Shown here: piece by piece, positions 10,796 through 20,414 of the stretch | Numbering within the stretch: position 1 is the stretch's first letter | How the letters are laid out: every line of letters starts with the position of its first letter | Origin: Polyangiales bacterium | GTDB lineage: Bacteria > Myxococcota_A > Polyangia > Polyangiales > Houyiibacteriaceae | DNA: 64,000 nt | Direction: 5' to 3' | Assembly: GCA_045106895.1 (NCBI GenBank) | Contig: JBGCFM010000039.1 | Location: forward strand, 6,575 to 70,574 | Notes under the pieces: model-generated | What the model saw: the letters and a program-made list of their open reading frames with translations, nothing else | Databases searched by the model: none | Told to the model about the DNA's origin: nothing | Translations under genes and position numbers: made by a program

Positions 10796-11614
10796 CTAGA
10801 TGTCGACTTTCATGCCTTCTTTGGCGACGAAGCTTCCTTCGAAGGCTTCGGCGGCCTGGCCTTCCACGCTGCGCATGAACGCATCGTCGTGGTAGGGGTC
10901 GTGGTGGAAGATGGCGAGTCGTTCAACGTTCGCCGCTTTGGCGAGGCGAACACCTTCTTGCCAAGTGGAGTGACCCCAACCGACGTGCGCCGGGAACTCT
11001 TCGTCTGTGTATGTGCTGTCGTAGATGACGACGTTCGCGTCTTTGATCAGCGAGACGATCCGCTCGTCTCGCTGCCCCGGCACGTGCTCCGTGTCCGTGA
11101 CGTAGCAAAGGGAACGCCCGTTGAATTCGAAGCGATAGCCCGTCGCCCCGTCAGGATGGCGGAGCGGTGCCGTCTTTACGCGAACCGGCCCGATGTCGAA
11201 CTCTTCGCCGGCGCGAAAGTCCTCGAAGGTGAGGGCCGCCTGAAGCGCCGAGAGGGGCACTGGAAATGTCGGTCGCGCCATCTGCCCAGCGAGCACACGC
11301 TCCACCCCGCCGGCGTCTGCGAGGTGACCCGCGCGAATGCGAAAGCTGTGGTCGGCGGAGTAAGCCGGCGTGAAGAACGGGAAGCCGTTGATGTGGTCCC
11401 AGTGCGTATGGGTCAGACAGACCGTCGCCTCACGGATGTTTCGCTCGATGAAACTCTGCCCGAGGTTACGGATGCCCGTGCCTGCATCGAGGACGATGGA
11501 GGTATCTCCTGCACGAACCTCAATGCAGCTGGTGTTGCCACCGAACTCGATATGGCTCGGCGAGGGACAAGCGATCGAACCGCGAACTCCCCAAAAGCGT
11601 ATCCAGAAATCCAT
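10796..11614 (-). CDS. MBL-fold metallo-hydrolase
   Basis: HTHWDH (HxHxDH) motif. Start taken at MDFWIRFWGVRGS. Confidence 0.8.
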   Translation of the reverse strand: MDFWIRFWGVRGSIACPSPSHIEFGGNTSCIEVRAGDTSIVLDAGTGIRNLGQSFIERNIREATVCLTHTHWDHINGFPFFTPAYSADHSFRIRAGHLADAGGVERVLAGQMARPTFPVPLSALQAALTFEDFRAGEEFDIGPVRVKTAPLRHPDGATGYRFEFNGRSLCYVTDTEHVPGQRDERIVSLIKDANVVIYDSTYTDEEFPAHVGWGHSTWQEGVRLAKAANVERLAIFHHDPYHDDAFMRSVEGQAAEAFEGSFVAKEGMKVDI

Positions 11615-11765
11615 CGTAGTCTGAGGGCACAGCTTGTACTGGCCTGAGAAGATTGAGTACCACGATTGTCCCCTTCCATCCCACACTGTTTTTCAGCGAG
11701 GCAGGAGCGCATTTGAGCCCTCTGGTCGCCAAACCGCCTGAACCTGCTACCAAAAGCGCCCTTCG

Positions 11766-12272
11766 ATGAGCTTTCACCTCCGATTTACGCGCCGTTTTAG
11801 CATGGCTCACCGCCTCATTAGTGGCCGCAGCGAGCTCTGCGCGACGCCCCATGGCCACAATGAGTTCGTCACCGTGGAGCTCGCGCCCCTTCAAGCAGAC
11901 AAGCTGGACGGCTCGACGAACATGGTGGTGGAGTTCGCCTCGGCGAAGGCTCGCTGGCACCGTTTCGTCGACGAAGTCCTCGATCATGCGCTCCAGCTCT
12001 CCTCGGATGACCCTCTCGTGGCGATCGCCGCGGCTCAATTTCCGCAGTGGCGCCTTGTGATCACCCCCGGTGACCCAACCACGGAGCTCCTCGCGGCGCT
12101 CTTGGCGTCCAAATGCCAGGCCATTTTGGATGACGAAGGGCTGAAACTCCGCGTCGAGCGGCTTCTCCTCGAGGAAACGCCCACCAACACCGTGGTCGTG
12201 GATGGCGACGGGCGACGGCTTCTCCCCGAGAAGGACGGCTGGTGGACCCGAGCGGACGCCAGCGCTCGTTAG
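11766..12272 (+). CDS. 6-pyruvoyl-tetrahydropterin / 6-carboxytetrahydropterin synthase family (QueD-like)
   Basis: CATPHGHNEF (Cx3HGH) catalytic/Zn motif. Size about 168 aa. Confidence 0.75.
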   Translation: MSFHLRFTRRFSMAHRLISGRSELCATPHGHNEFVTVELAPLQADKLDGSTNMVVEFASAKARWHRFVDEVLDHALQLSSDDPLVAIAAAQFPQWRLVITPGDPTTELLAALLASKCQAILDDEGLKLRVERLLLEETPTNTVVVDGDGRRLLPEKDGWWTRADASAR

Positions 12273-12465
12273 TGCCCCGATGAGGGGAACCCACGACATA
12301 CGTGGGCTTCCCACCACGCATTTGTCCGGAAGTTGAGCGAAACCTCCGAGTTTCGGTGTGGCCCACGTCTTGCTCTAGTTAGGGGTGAGTGACACGTCGA
12401 AGTCAATGCCCCCAAGTGGCTTCGGCGTGTCGCTTATTGAATTTAAGTAGCGCTTAGCCGGGAGC

Positions 12466-12990
12466 TCAGAGAAGCCCAGGGATCAAACGAAAACGCACTT
12501 TCGTCGTGTACTCCCGGTAGTCCTCGTGGTGGAGGAGCAGCTTCTCTTCACCGAGAATCCGCACCCATGTGCTCACAAACGCCAGCAGCGCCAATGGAGC
12601 AGCCTGAAGAACAGGGGCTCGCGCCGCGAGGATAAAGACCATCGCGAGCTCCGCCGCATAGGCCGGATGTCGCACCACCCGGTAGGGCCCACGTCGAACC
12701 ACGCCGCGGTCGGCCGGCAGGATCGAAAATGCACCGCCCAGGTTGCCCAGGGCGAAGAGGGCCAGCACTCCAAACCCAGCGAAGAGCCATTCTTGAATGT
12801 CGACGAGGTGATCACGCGCAACCGCCATCAGCAGTCCGCTGGAAACGACGCTCACCAAGGCCCACGCCGTGTCACCCCACTTCGCGATTCGCACTGGCGG
12901 CCGCCGCAGGAGAAAAAGAACACCGATGACGATGTTCAGCGCGGCGAGCAGCCCATGAAGGAAGATCGACTCACCGCCGACCACGCGCAT
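12466..12990 (-). CDS. Isoprenylcysteine carboxyl methyltransferase (ICMT/PEMT) family membrane protein
   Basis: Several TM helices and the GPYRVVRHPAY motif. Confidence 0.75.
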   Translation of the reverse strand: MRVVGGESIFLHGLLAALNIVIGVLFLLRRPPVRIAKWGDTAWALVSVVSSGLLMAVARDHLVDIQEWLFAGFGVLALFALGNLGGAFSILPADRGVVRRGPYRVVRHPAYAAELAMVFILAARAPVLQAAPLALLAFVSTWVRILGEEKLLLHHEDYREYTTKVRFRLIPGLL

Positions 12991-13128
12991 GACATCACGC
13001 GCCGCCCAGCCAAATGCAGAAATGGCGAACGCTGCATCAACGACGCGCCAAGCGCGTGGGTGTTCAGCGTTCGCCAGGTTTCCTCAGCTCGTCTGTTCGA
13101 GTCGATGTCGGTTCGCGAAGAGCGAGCC

Positions 13129-13251
13129 TTAGTAGAACATCCAGCCCCAATCGAACGCATAGCTGAGTCCGTTGAGAATCACGACGACGAGAATCAAACC
13201 ACCGATGCCGGCGAGGGGATTTGCGCGGCCACCACCTTCTTCTTCTGACAT
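13129..13251 (-). CDS. Small (40 aa) single-TM membrane protein
   Basis: Strong Shine-Dalgarno AAGGAGG 7 nt upstream of ATG 13251. Sequence MSEEEGGGRANPLAGIGGLILVVVILNGLSYAFDWGWMFY has one clear TM helix. Confidence 0.5.
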   Translation of the reverse strand: MSEEEGGGRANPLAGIGGLILVVVILNGLSYAFDWGWMFY

Positions 13252-13367
13252 ATAGACACCTCCTTGGCGCTGAGCGTGCCAGAAGCATTCACGCAAAACA
13301 ACGGCCCTGGCTGAGCTGCTGACCCAAGTGGGGGACAAGGTGGCGACAGCCCTGGTAAGGTGGGTGG

Positions 13368-14621
13368 ATGTTCATCTCTGGCATGTCCGGCAACGAGATC
13401 TTCTGCCTCGCGCAGAAAGGCCTCGAGCCCGGCGAAATCGTGGTTGGCAACAGCGTCTATTCTTTGGGGATCAGCGGCGCGCTCGGTGCGATGGGTCGCT
13501 CCTTCGCGGGCGGTGAGATCACGCAGATTACCGATCTCATCAGCGAGGGCCGTCACCAGGCCATCATGCGAATGGAACAAGAAGCCCAACGCGACGGAGC
13601 CATCGGCGTCACCGGCGTGGAAAGCAGGCTCGGGCGCCTCGCTGGCTTCACGGAGTTCCTCGCTCAGGGCACAGGCGTTCACGCAGCGCCACGCCAAGGG
13701 CAGAACTTCTTCAGCACCGCAGCATCCGGCATCGGTCTCTACTGCCAGCTGGATGCTGGCTACATACCCGTCCGCTTTGCGATGGGAAACGTCGCGTACG
13801 CCCTGGGCCTCGGTCGCGGTATCTTGGGCAGCGTGCGAACCCTCGCGCGCGGCGAGGTTCGAGAGTTCTCCGAGATGTACAACGGCATCCGGCACACGGC
13901 GCTGCGCCGCCTTCGCGAGGAAGCCGCGTCCCAGGGCGCGAACGCGGTCGTCGACATTCAGGTCCGCATGCTGCCCTATGGGCCAGGAACCATCGAGCTC
14001 TTGCTCACGGGAACGTCGTCTTTCCACCCAGCTATCAGCAGCGGCCGCGTCGTCGCAAACCAGGTCGTCACCAGCGAACTCAGCGGCGAGGAGCTCTGGA
14101 ATCTCGCCAGCATCGGCTACGTGCCGCAGCAACTTGTGATGGCAACAAGCGTGTACTCGTTGGGCGTCGCCGCGGGGGTTGGAGCGCTCTTCAAGTCGAT
14201 GCAGCGCGGTGAGCTGCCGGAGGTGACCCGCCTAATCTATGAGGCGCGCGAAAACTGCCTGGAGCTGATTCGCCGTGAAGCCGAAGCCATCGGCGCGGAC
14301 CGGGTGATGAGTACAAGGCTCACGATTCGAGAGATCGGCTCAGGTCTCGTCGAGCTCGTTGCCGTGGGCACGGCCGTTCGAAAGGCGCCTCCGGGTATGA
14401 CGCCGCAATCGCCTCAGCTCATCCCACAAGCACTCATTCTTGACTCCGGCTCGCGCGCGACGGGCGCAAGCGTCAGCACGCTGGACAACCCCATCGCTCC
14501 CATGGGCGTGGCTCGCCGGGGCTCGGCCCAAGCGAGCGGCGCCCTCGTCGCCATCGTCGTGCTCTTCTTCGTCATGCTCAGCTGTTTGGGGACCATTCTA
14601 AGCATTGTCTTTGCCAACTAA
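13368..14621 (+). CDS. Triple YbjQ/UPF0145 (putative heavy-metal-binding) repeat protein with C-terminal TM anchor
   Basis: Three tandem copies of about 105 aa each, showing the pattern SG.E......G..P...V.G.SVYSLG...G......GE...........R..A..R...EA...GA..V. Ends in the hydrophobic tail LVAIVVLFFVMLSCLGTILSIVF. Confidence 0.7.
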   Translation: MFISGMSGNEIFCLAQKGLEPGEIVVGNSVYSLGISGALGAMGRSFAGGEITQITDLISEGRHQAIMRMEQEAQRDGAIGVTGVESRLGRLAGFTEFLAQGTGVHAAPRQGQNFFSTAASGIGLYCQLDAGYIPVRFAMGNVAYALGLGRGILGSVRTLARGEVREFSEMYNGIRHTALRRLREEAASQGANAVVDIQVRMLPYGPGTIELLLTGTSSFHPAISSGRVVANQVVTSELSGEELWNLASIGYVPQQLVMATSVYSLGVAAGVGALFKSMQRGELPEVTRLIYEARENCLELIRREAEAIGADRVMSTRLTIREIGSGLVELVAVGTAVRKAPPGMTPQSPQLIPQALILDSGSRATGASVSTLDNPIAPMGVARRGSAQASGALVAIVVLFFVMLSCLGTILSIVFAN

Positions 14622-14625
14622 GATC

Positions 14626-15864
14626 ATGACGACGACGTACACAAAATGTTTGCTGCTCCTCTGCCTCGGCTGCGCCCAAGGAGTGCCGACGAACATCGAC
14701 GGCGGAGGGCGACGTGACGGCGCTATCCCTGGCGACGTTCCCGTCGCGGACTCGATAAATCTGCCCGACGCGGGGCCTGCGTCCTGCGTCCCATTGAATG
14801 CGGGAACCTGGCGAGAGCTCGGTCGGCCGAGCGTCGCTTCGGCTCCGCACGCAGACACCGTGGTGGCACCCGACGGAACGCTCGCTCGGATTTCCCTCGC
14901 GGGCACGCCTCCCTCCCCCCTCGTCGAAGTCTTCGATGCAGGGACCTGGCGTGCGCTGGGGGTGTTTCCTGAAACCAACGCGAACGCGAACGTGGTCGGA
15001 CTCTCACACGACGGCGTGTCCTTCGTCGCGATGTGGGCGCGAACCAACGCCGGCACAGACCGCCCCGTTGTCTACCGCCTAGTCGCAGGAATGTGGACCG
15101 AACAAATCGTCCTCGGCGGCGGCGCTCCTGCGAGTACGTCTGTCGCCGGCTCCGCCTCACTCTGGGCATCTGGCGGAGTGGTGCGTGTGGCGGGCCTACA
15201 GCAGCTCGGCGGCTTTGAGACCCGGCAGGTCGTTGTGGCAGAGCACCGCGGCACGAGCATGGCGCTGCCAAATCCGCCCAGCGAGAACATGGGAGCATTC
15301 ACGCCAAGCTTGGCTCACCGCGGAGCTTCGCTGGTGTTGGCTTGGAGCGAAGGGAGCGACCTACGGCTTGCGCGCTACGATAGCGCTTGGACGAGCTGGA
15401 CGACCGCCGGGCTCTTCATGGGCCTCCCCTCCAACCCTCGCGCGGCGTCCAGTGACGCGGCACTTTGGGTCGCGGGCACGGACTTCATCGACGCCAGTAC
15501 CAACGTCGTCCGTCTCTTCCGTGTGGAAGAAGATACCCTTGTTCCGGCGACTGGCCCCTTCGACAGAGAGCCAGCGACGGGACCGGCCTTCGTCGCTGAT
15601 ATGGAAGTGGATTCGATGGGTCGCGCGGTCCTGGCGATGGAAGAGCCCGCCGCCCCGGGTCTCCCAGCGCGCCACGTTCACGTCGTTCGTATGGAGGACT
15701 TGACCGGCGCGCCGCTGGGCCCCGCCATCGACGCCATCCCCGGAACGAATGGAACCGCCAGCCTCGTCATCGACGGCTGCGACTGGCCCGTTCTTAGCGT
15801 CGTCGAGCGACTCGAGCCGGGTAGTTCCGAGTACGAGGTCCGAACCTATCGCTTCGAGGACTAG
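14626..15864 (+). CDS. Hypothetical secreted or lipoprotein
   Basis: Signal sequence MTTTYTKCLLLLCLGCAQG. The rest is beta-rich with W/G repeats. The track start 14605 is a TTG inside the upstream gene end. Confidence 0.55.
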   Translation: MTTTYTKCLLLLCLGCAQGVPTNIDGGGRRDGAIPGDVPVADSINLPDAGPASCVPLNAGTWRELGRPSVASAPHADTVVAPDGTLARISLAGTPPSPLVEVFDAGTWRALGVFPETNANANVVGLSHDGVSFVAMWARTNAGTDRPVVYRLVAGMWTEQIVLGGGAPASTSVAGSASLWASGGVVRVAGLQQLGGFETRQVVVAEHRGTSMALPNPPSENMGAFTPSLAHRGASLVLAWSEGSDLRLARYDSAWTSWTTAGLFMGLPSNPRAASSDAALWVAGTDFIDASTNVVRLFRVEEDTLVPATGPFDREPATGPAFVADMEVDSMGRAVLAMEEPAAPGLPARHVHVVRMEDLTGAPLGPAIDAIPGTNGTASLVIDGCDWPVLSVVERLEPGSSEYEVRTYRFED

Positions 15865-15906
15865 CGCACGCGGCACGAGTTCTCTCGAACTCTCGAAGAC
15901 TGTGCG

Positions 15907-17304
15907 TCAGTCCGCGCTCGGAGAGTCAAAACCCTCCATCATCGCCTGGAGCAGGACTTCAGCGACGCGTTGGTAGCCGCGCCTCGTGTAGTGAACGTAG
16001 TCACCGGCGCCGAAACTCGGTGTCATGGACACCCACTCGACCATGCTCAGTGGCCCTCCGCTCAGCGCCACTAGGTCAAAGAACCCACAGCCGTTTTCGA
16101 CGGCGACGCGGTGCTGACTCTCGATGAGAGCGGCGGTTCGCGGACGATCCACGAAGGTGTCTCCCTGGCGGATGGGCCGGTCCGAAGGACCGATGAGGAG
16201 GCAGGAGGCATTCGGCGCGACTTCGCGCACACGGCCCACCACCTGCCGTAGCTGATTCTCGTATCGGTGAATCGGCAGCTCGTCGCCGCTCTCGTTCGTT
16301 CCGTACGCGATGACCACAAGGTCCGCTTGTCGTCGCCGAAGGTGCTCGCGGTACATCGTGTCTTCCCAGACCAAATGGTAACGCGCGCGGGCTCCGTTGA
16401 TGCCGAGGGTGTCGACAATAACGCCGGGCTCCTCGCGTTCCGCGGCCACACCAAAGAGGCGAACGGGACCGTCTCCTTGGACACGTACTTCAAATGTGTG
16501 CGGTGCGTCCTCGACGCGATACGTCGCATAGCCGCTGCCACGCTCGTCGGCGGCGCTCTGCACCGTCTCGACGCGACGTCCGTCGATGAACACGTCGAAT
16601 GCGCCACCGCCGGGCTGCTTGAGGTAGTAGAGATCGAAGAGACCCGCCGTGCGGCCAATCTCACCCCGCGTCGCGGTACTTACGCGGCCGAAGGCGCCCG
16701 GCGAGCTCGACTCGACGAAGGTACCGGCGATGCCGAAGTGGTCGACGTCGCGCACACCCGCGCGAACCTTGGTGGCAGACCAGCGCCCGCGACTAGACTG
16801 AAGATCGATGCCCCGGTGACGATAGCTTCGCCACGGATGGGCGGGGACGATGACGCCGTGGCCCGCGTCGCCAAAGCGTGTCTGCAACACCTCTCGGACG
16901 TGGCCGGAGATAAAGTCGCTCGCCACATGAGAGGCGCCGTAAAAGACGAGACGTGCTTGGCCTTCGCCGCGCTGAGCACGGCGCAGCGCGGCGTGGAGCG
17001 CCGCCATCGAGCGTCCATCGCCATCCTCAATGGCGATATCGTAGCCGGGCACACCATCGCTGGGCGGCCTGATAAGTCGGGGACCTGTTCGTTCGACGAC
17101 GGGCGGTGGCCCTTCTGGCTCGTTCGGAGGGACCACCGGCGCAGCTCGGCGCACGGGGCCATCCACCGGAAGCGCCAGCTCGATGGGATCATCGTCGGCG
17201 CTCGCCGGCGCCGCGGCGCCGTAGACCGCGGCCCAGAGACCAGCAGCAACGCCGGCAACGGCCATCACGGCGGTCGGAGATTGGGCTACGCGGCGGGGGA
17301 ACAT
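15907..17304 (-). CDS. SGNH/GDSL-family hydrolase with N-terminal signal/TM
   Basis: SGNH blocks LVFYGASHV and VIAYGTNESG, plus a C-terminal D..H-like GDYVHYT. Confidence 0.7.
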   Translation of the reverse strand: MFPRRVAQSPTAVMAVAGVAAGLWAAVYGAAAPASADDDPIELALPVDGPVRRAAPVVPPNEPEGPPPVVERTGPRLIRPPSDGVPGYDIAIEDGDGRSMAALHAALRRAQRGEGQARLVFYGASHVASDFISGHVREVLQTRFGDAGHGVIVPAHPWRSYRHRGIDLQSSRGRWSATKVRAGVRDVDHFGIAGTFVESSSPGAFGRVSTATRGEIGRTAGLFDLYYLKQPGGGAFDVFIDGRRVETVQSAADERGSGYATYRVEDAPHTFEVRVQGDGPVRLFGVAAEREEPGVIVDTLGINGARARYHLVWEDTMYREHLRRRQADLVVIAYGTNESGDELPIHRYENQLRQVVGRVREVAPNASCLLIGPSDRPIRQGDTFVDRPRTAALIESQHRVAVENGCGFFDLVALSGGPLSMVEWVSMTPSFGAGDYVHYTRRGYQRVAEVLLQAMMEGFDSPSAD

Positions 17305-17375
17305 ACTTCGGTCTCGCCGATTGGATCCACGGCGTCAAATTTGACGCAGCTTCCGCAGATCAATACTGGCGCGAG

Positions 17376-17834
17376 TCACCCGTTGACGGGGTCAGGCTCA
17401 CGAAAGCTTCGCGGCAGCAGGCTCCAGGTTCCCAGCGCCAGAGCGACGAGGCGTCTGTTCTCGCCTTCTCCTTGGTAAGCGCGAGCCTCGGCGTGAAGAA
17501 TGTGCCTTCCTTCGCGGAGCACCTTTCCTTCCGCGATGAGTTCCGTGTCTCGGACGGTCTCGAGGAGATTGATCTTGAGCTCGTTGGTGGCGACCCATCG
17601 CCCGCCGGAGCGCGTCGCGCAGGCAAAGTAGCCCGCGTTGTCGAGGAGACCCATGAGGACCCCGCCGTGGAGCGCGCCTCCGCCGTGGCACAAGCGTGCA
17701 TCGAAGGGCATCGCGATGGAGACCTCTCCCGCACCGATGGAACGGATCGTCTGCGGAATGTGCTGGATGATAGGCGCTTGAAGAAACAACCGCTTCAGGA
17801 GTTCAAAGTACGCCGCATCGCCGGACTCACTCAT
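17376..17834 (-). CDS. PaaI-family hotdog-fold thioesterase
   Basis: GGALHGGVLMGLLD motif. 152 aa. Lies 6 nt downstream of the kinase gene. Confidence 0.85.
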   Translation of the reverse strand: MSESGDAAYFELLKRLFLQAPIIQHIPQTIRSIGAGEVSIAMPFDARLCHGGGALHGGVLMGLLDNAGYFACATRSGGRWVATNELKINLLETVRDTELIAEGKVLREGRHILHAEARAYQGEGENRRLVALALGTWSLLPRSFREPDPVNG

Positions 17835-17840
17835 GACGGG

Positions 17841-19760
17841 CTAGAGCTCGTCTTCACGAAGGAAGGTCGGGGCGTCGATGGACGGCTGCGTGTTTTCTTC
17901 GGGCTCGTCGGACTCGAGGGCGTCGAGATCCGGCAGCGACTGAATGAAGGTGAGGTCATCGAAGTCATCGAGGGCAGCGCTCTCTTCGGCGGTCTCGTCC
18001 GTGAACTCGGGAACAGCGGAAGGGGCCGCAGTCGACGCGTCGCTGGCCGGCGGAGCGGAGTCCAGAGACCCGAGATCCGCGCTCTCGGAACCCGAACGGG
18101 TCACCTCGGCACTGAGCGGCTCAGCGTCTGGCAGAGATTCCATCTTGCGCAGATACTCCCCGACGGCGCCGGCGGAGTACATCTTCGTCGAATCGTCGAA
18201 GTCGAACTCGCCGCCTCCACCGCCTGCGCCGAGACCCGCTTCCTGGGCCAAGGTCTCCGCTCGAACCTGTAGGTTCCCCGTCGTCGCATCGGACATCGGC
18301 GCGTCGGCCATCGGCGCAGCGACTTCGTCGATGGCGCCCTGCTCAGTTCGCTCGTCGACCCTTTCATCAAAGGTGGCGTGTTTGAACTCAGAGCTCGACG
18401 CAGGCGCGCGGAGTTTTGCTCCACGCGACGTCGGCGGCCCCGGATCCAAGGGTTCCAAGTCGGACGGCATTGACCCGCCGCCGAAAGAGCGAGTCACGTC
18501 ATCCCAGGAAGGCGCATCACTTCCAAGGGGAAGCGCCGTCGAGTCATGCTCAACGATAGGAACCGCGCTCACTTCGTCGTCGAAGGGGATCGACGAGACG
18601 TCGGAATCGATGAGGTCCACGATGGACAGCTCTTCGACGCCAGACACGTCCGAGAACGAACGGCTGGGGTCCTGCGCACTCGGTGCCGGTCGGCCAGTGC
18701 TCCCACGCTGAGAGACCGTCGCCGGGACCACGCTCTGCGGCACCGCGCTCACGAGGTCACGCGCTTCGGCGTTCCGAGGGAGCTTCGTTTCGACGGAGCG
18801 GATGGTCTCGCGGCGAGATGGAACCCCAGCGTTGTTTCCCTTCTGGTCCTCGGGAAAGAGGAGCAACATGTGCTTGCTCGCCGAGCGCCTCCGCACCGGC
18901 ATCCCCGCGTCGACGGCGAAGGACATGAGCGCTTCCTGCATCTCCGCGGCGGACTGATACCGGCGGGCGGGGTCGGACTCAAGAGCCTTCCGCACGATCA
19001 TTTGAAGCTGCATAGGCAGTTCAGGACGGACCGCTCGAAGAGGCGGCACCATCGCTCGCTGAACGGCGACGACGGTGTCCGCGTCGTTGTTTCGCAAGAA
19101 AAGACGCTCCCCTGTCAGCCACTCGTAGAAGCAAGTGCCCAGACTAAAGATATCGCTTCGGTAATCGATACTCTCGCCGCGCGCTTGCTCCGCCGATAAG
19201 TACGCGAGCTTGCCTTTGACGACGCCGGCTTGTGTGGTGACGAGCCGGCCTTGTGCTTTGGCGAGACCAAAGTCGATAACCTTCACGGCGCCTTCGTGGG
19301 ACACCAAAATGTTCTGTGGCGAAATGTCGCGATGAATGAAACGTAGGGGCTCGCCGGTCGCGCCGCGTGCGAAGTGGGCGTGCTGAAGCGCCTCACAGAT
19401 CTTCACGCATGTGTAGACGACGAAGGAGAGTGGGAGGTGGCGCCCCATCTTCTTCTGACGCGCCGCCACGGACTTCATGTCACGCCCCTCGATGTACTCG
19501 AGGGCGATGAAGAGCTCCCCGCCGTCTCGGCCGAGGTCGTAGATCTGTGCGATGTTTGGATGCTGAAGCTGAACCGCGATTTTCGCTTCATCGATGAACA
19601 TGCGAACGAAGTCGGGATCGGCGGCGATGTTTGGCAGAATCCGCTTCACGGCCACCATGCGCTCGAAACCCTGCGCCCCCGAATGGCGGGCCTTGAAGAC
19701 CTCCGCCATGCCTCCGATCCCGATGCGCTCGAGCAGCTCATAAGGTCCGATTTGGGCCAC
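17841..19760 (-). CDS. Ser/Thr protein kinase with long acidic disordered C-terminal tail
   Basis: G-loop IGIGGMAEVFKA, VAVK, HRDISPQN and DFGLAK. The C-terminal roughly 330 aa are D/E/S/P/A-rich. Confidence 0.9.
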   Translation of the reverse strand: MAQIGPYELLERIGIGGMAEVFKARHSGAQGFERMVAVKRILPNIAADPDFVRMFIDEAKIAVQLQHPNIAQIYDLGRDGGELFIALEYIEGRDMKSVAARQKKMGRHLPLSFVVYTCVKICEALQHAHFARGATGEPLRFIHRDISPQNILVSHEGAVKVIDFGLAKAQGRLVTTQAGVVKGKLAYLSAEQARGESIDYRSDIFSLGTCFYEWLTGERLFLRNNDADTVVAVQRAMVPPLRAVRPELPMQLQMIVRKALESDPARRYQSAAEMQEALMSFAVDAGMPVRRRSASKHMLLLFPEDQKGNNAGVPSRRETIRSVETKLPRNAEARDLVSAVPQSVVPATVSQRGSTGRPAPSAQDPSRSFSDVSGVEELSIVDLIDSDVSSIPFDDEVSAVPIVEHDSTALPLGSDAPSWDDVTRSFGGGSMPSDLEPLDPGPPTSRGAKLRAPASSSEFKHATFDERVDERTEQGAIDEVAAPMADAPMSDATTGNLQVRAETLAQEAGLGAGGGGGEFDFDDSTKMYSAGAVGEYLRKMESLPDAEPLSAEVTRSGSESADLGSLDSAPPASDASTAAPSAVPEFTDETAEESAALDDFDDLTFIQSLPDLDALESDEPEENTQPSIDAPTFLREDEL

Positions 19761-19823
19761 GAAGCGAGCATCGCGCGGAAGAGCCGAGCTTTCAAGGAAT
19801 GAAGAAAGCCCTATGATGCGCTC

Positions 19824-20372
19824 ATGACTCTTCCTCCTCCTTCAAGGCGCCCTGGAACCCCTTACGAAGACGGCCGGATTCGCCTCGAGGAGTACGACGT
19901 GCCAGGGAGCGACGGCGAAATGCACATGCGCACGGTGGTTCGCCATCCCGGCGCCGTCGTCCTGCTGCCCATGAAAGACGATGGAAAGATTGTCCTCGTG
20001 CGGAACTACCGCCTACCTCTCAATCGACATCTAGTGGAGTTGCCCGCCGGTTGCCTTGAAAAAGGGGAAGAAGTGCTCACCGCCGCCCACCGCGAGCTGG
20101 CGGAGGAAACGGGCTACCGCGCAGGGAAACTGACCTGGCTCATGGCGTTTTACCCAAGTCCCGGCCTTCTTGATGAGCGAATGGACGTCTTTGTGGCGCA
20201 GGAGCTGACACCAGGAGAACGCCACCTCGACGCCACTGAACGTATGGAGGTCGTGGAGTGGCCCCTCGCGCAGCTGGTGGCCGCCATCGACGAGGGAGAG
20301 ATCGATGACGCGAAGACGATCGCGGCCACCCTTCGGATGTTGCGGCACCCCGATTTTCCCGGCGAACCGTAA
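19824..20372 (+). CDS. NUDIX hydrolase (ADP-ribose pyrophosphatase-like)
   Basis: Nudix box GCLEKGEEVLTAAHRELAEETG. Confidence 0.9.
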   Translation: MTLPPPSRRPGTPYEDGRIRLEEYDVPGSDGEMHMRTVVRHPGAVVLLPMKDDGKIVLVRNYRLPLNRHLVELPAGCLEKGEEVLTAAHRELAEETGYRAGKLTWLMAFYPSPGLLDERMDVFVAQELTPGERHLDATERMEVVEWPLAQLVAAIDEGEIDDAKTIAATLRMLRHPDFPGEP

Positions 20373-20414
20373 GTGGTTTGACTCCAGGGCTCACCTCGTC
20401 CATTTTCGCCCTCA

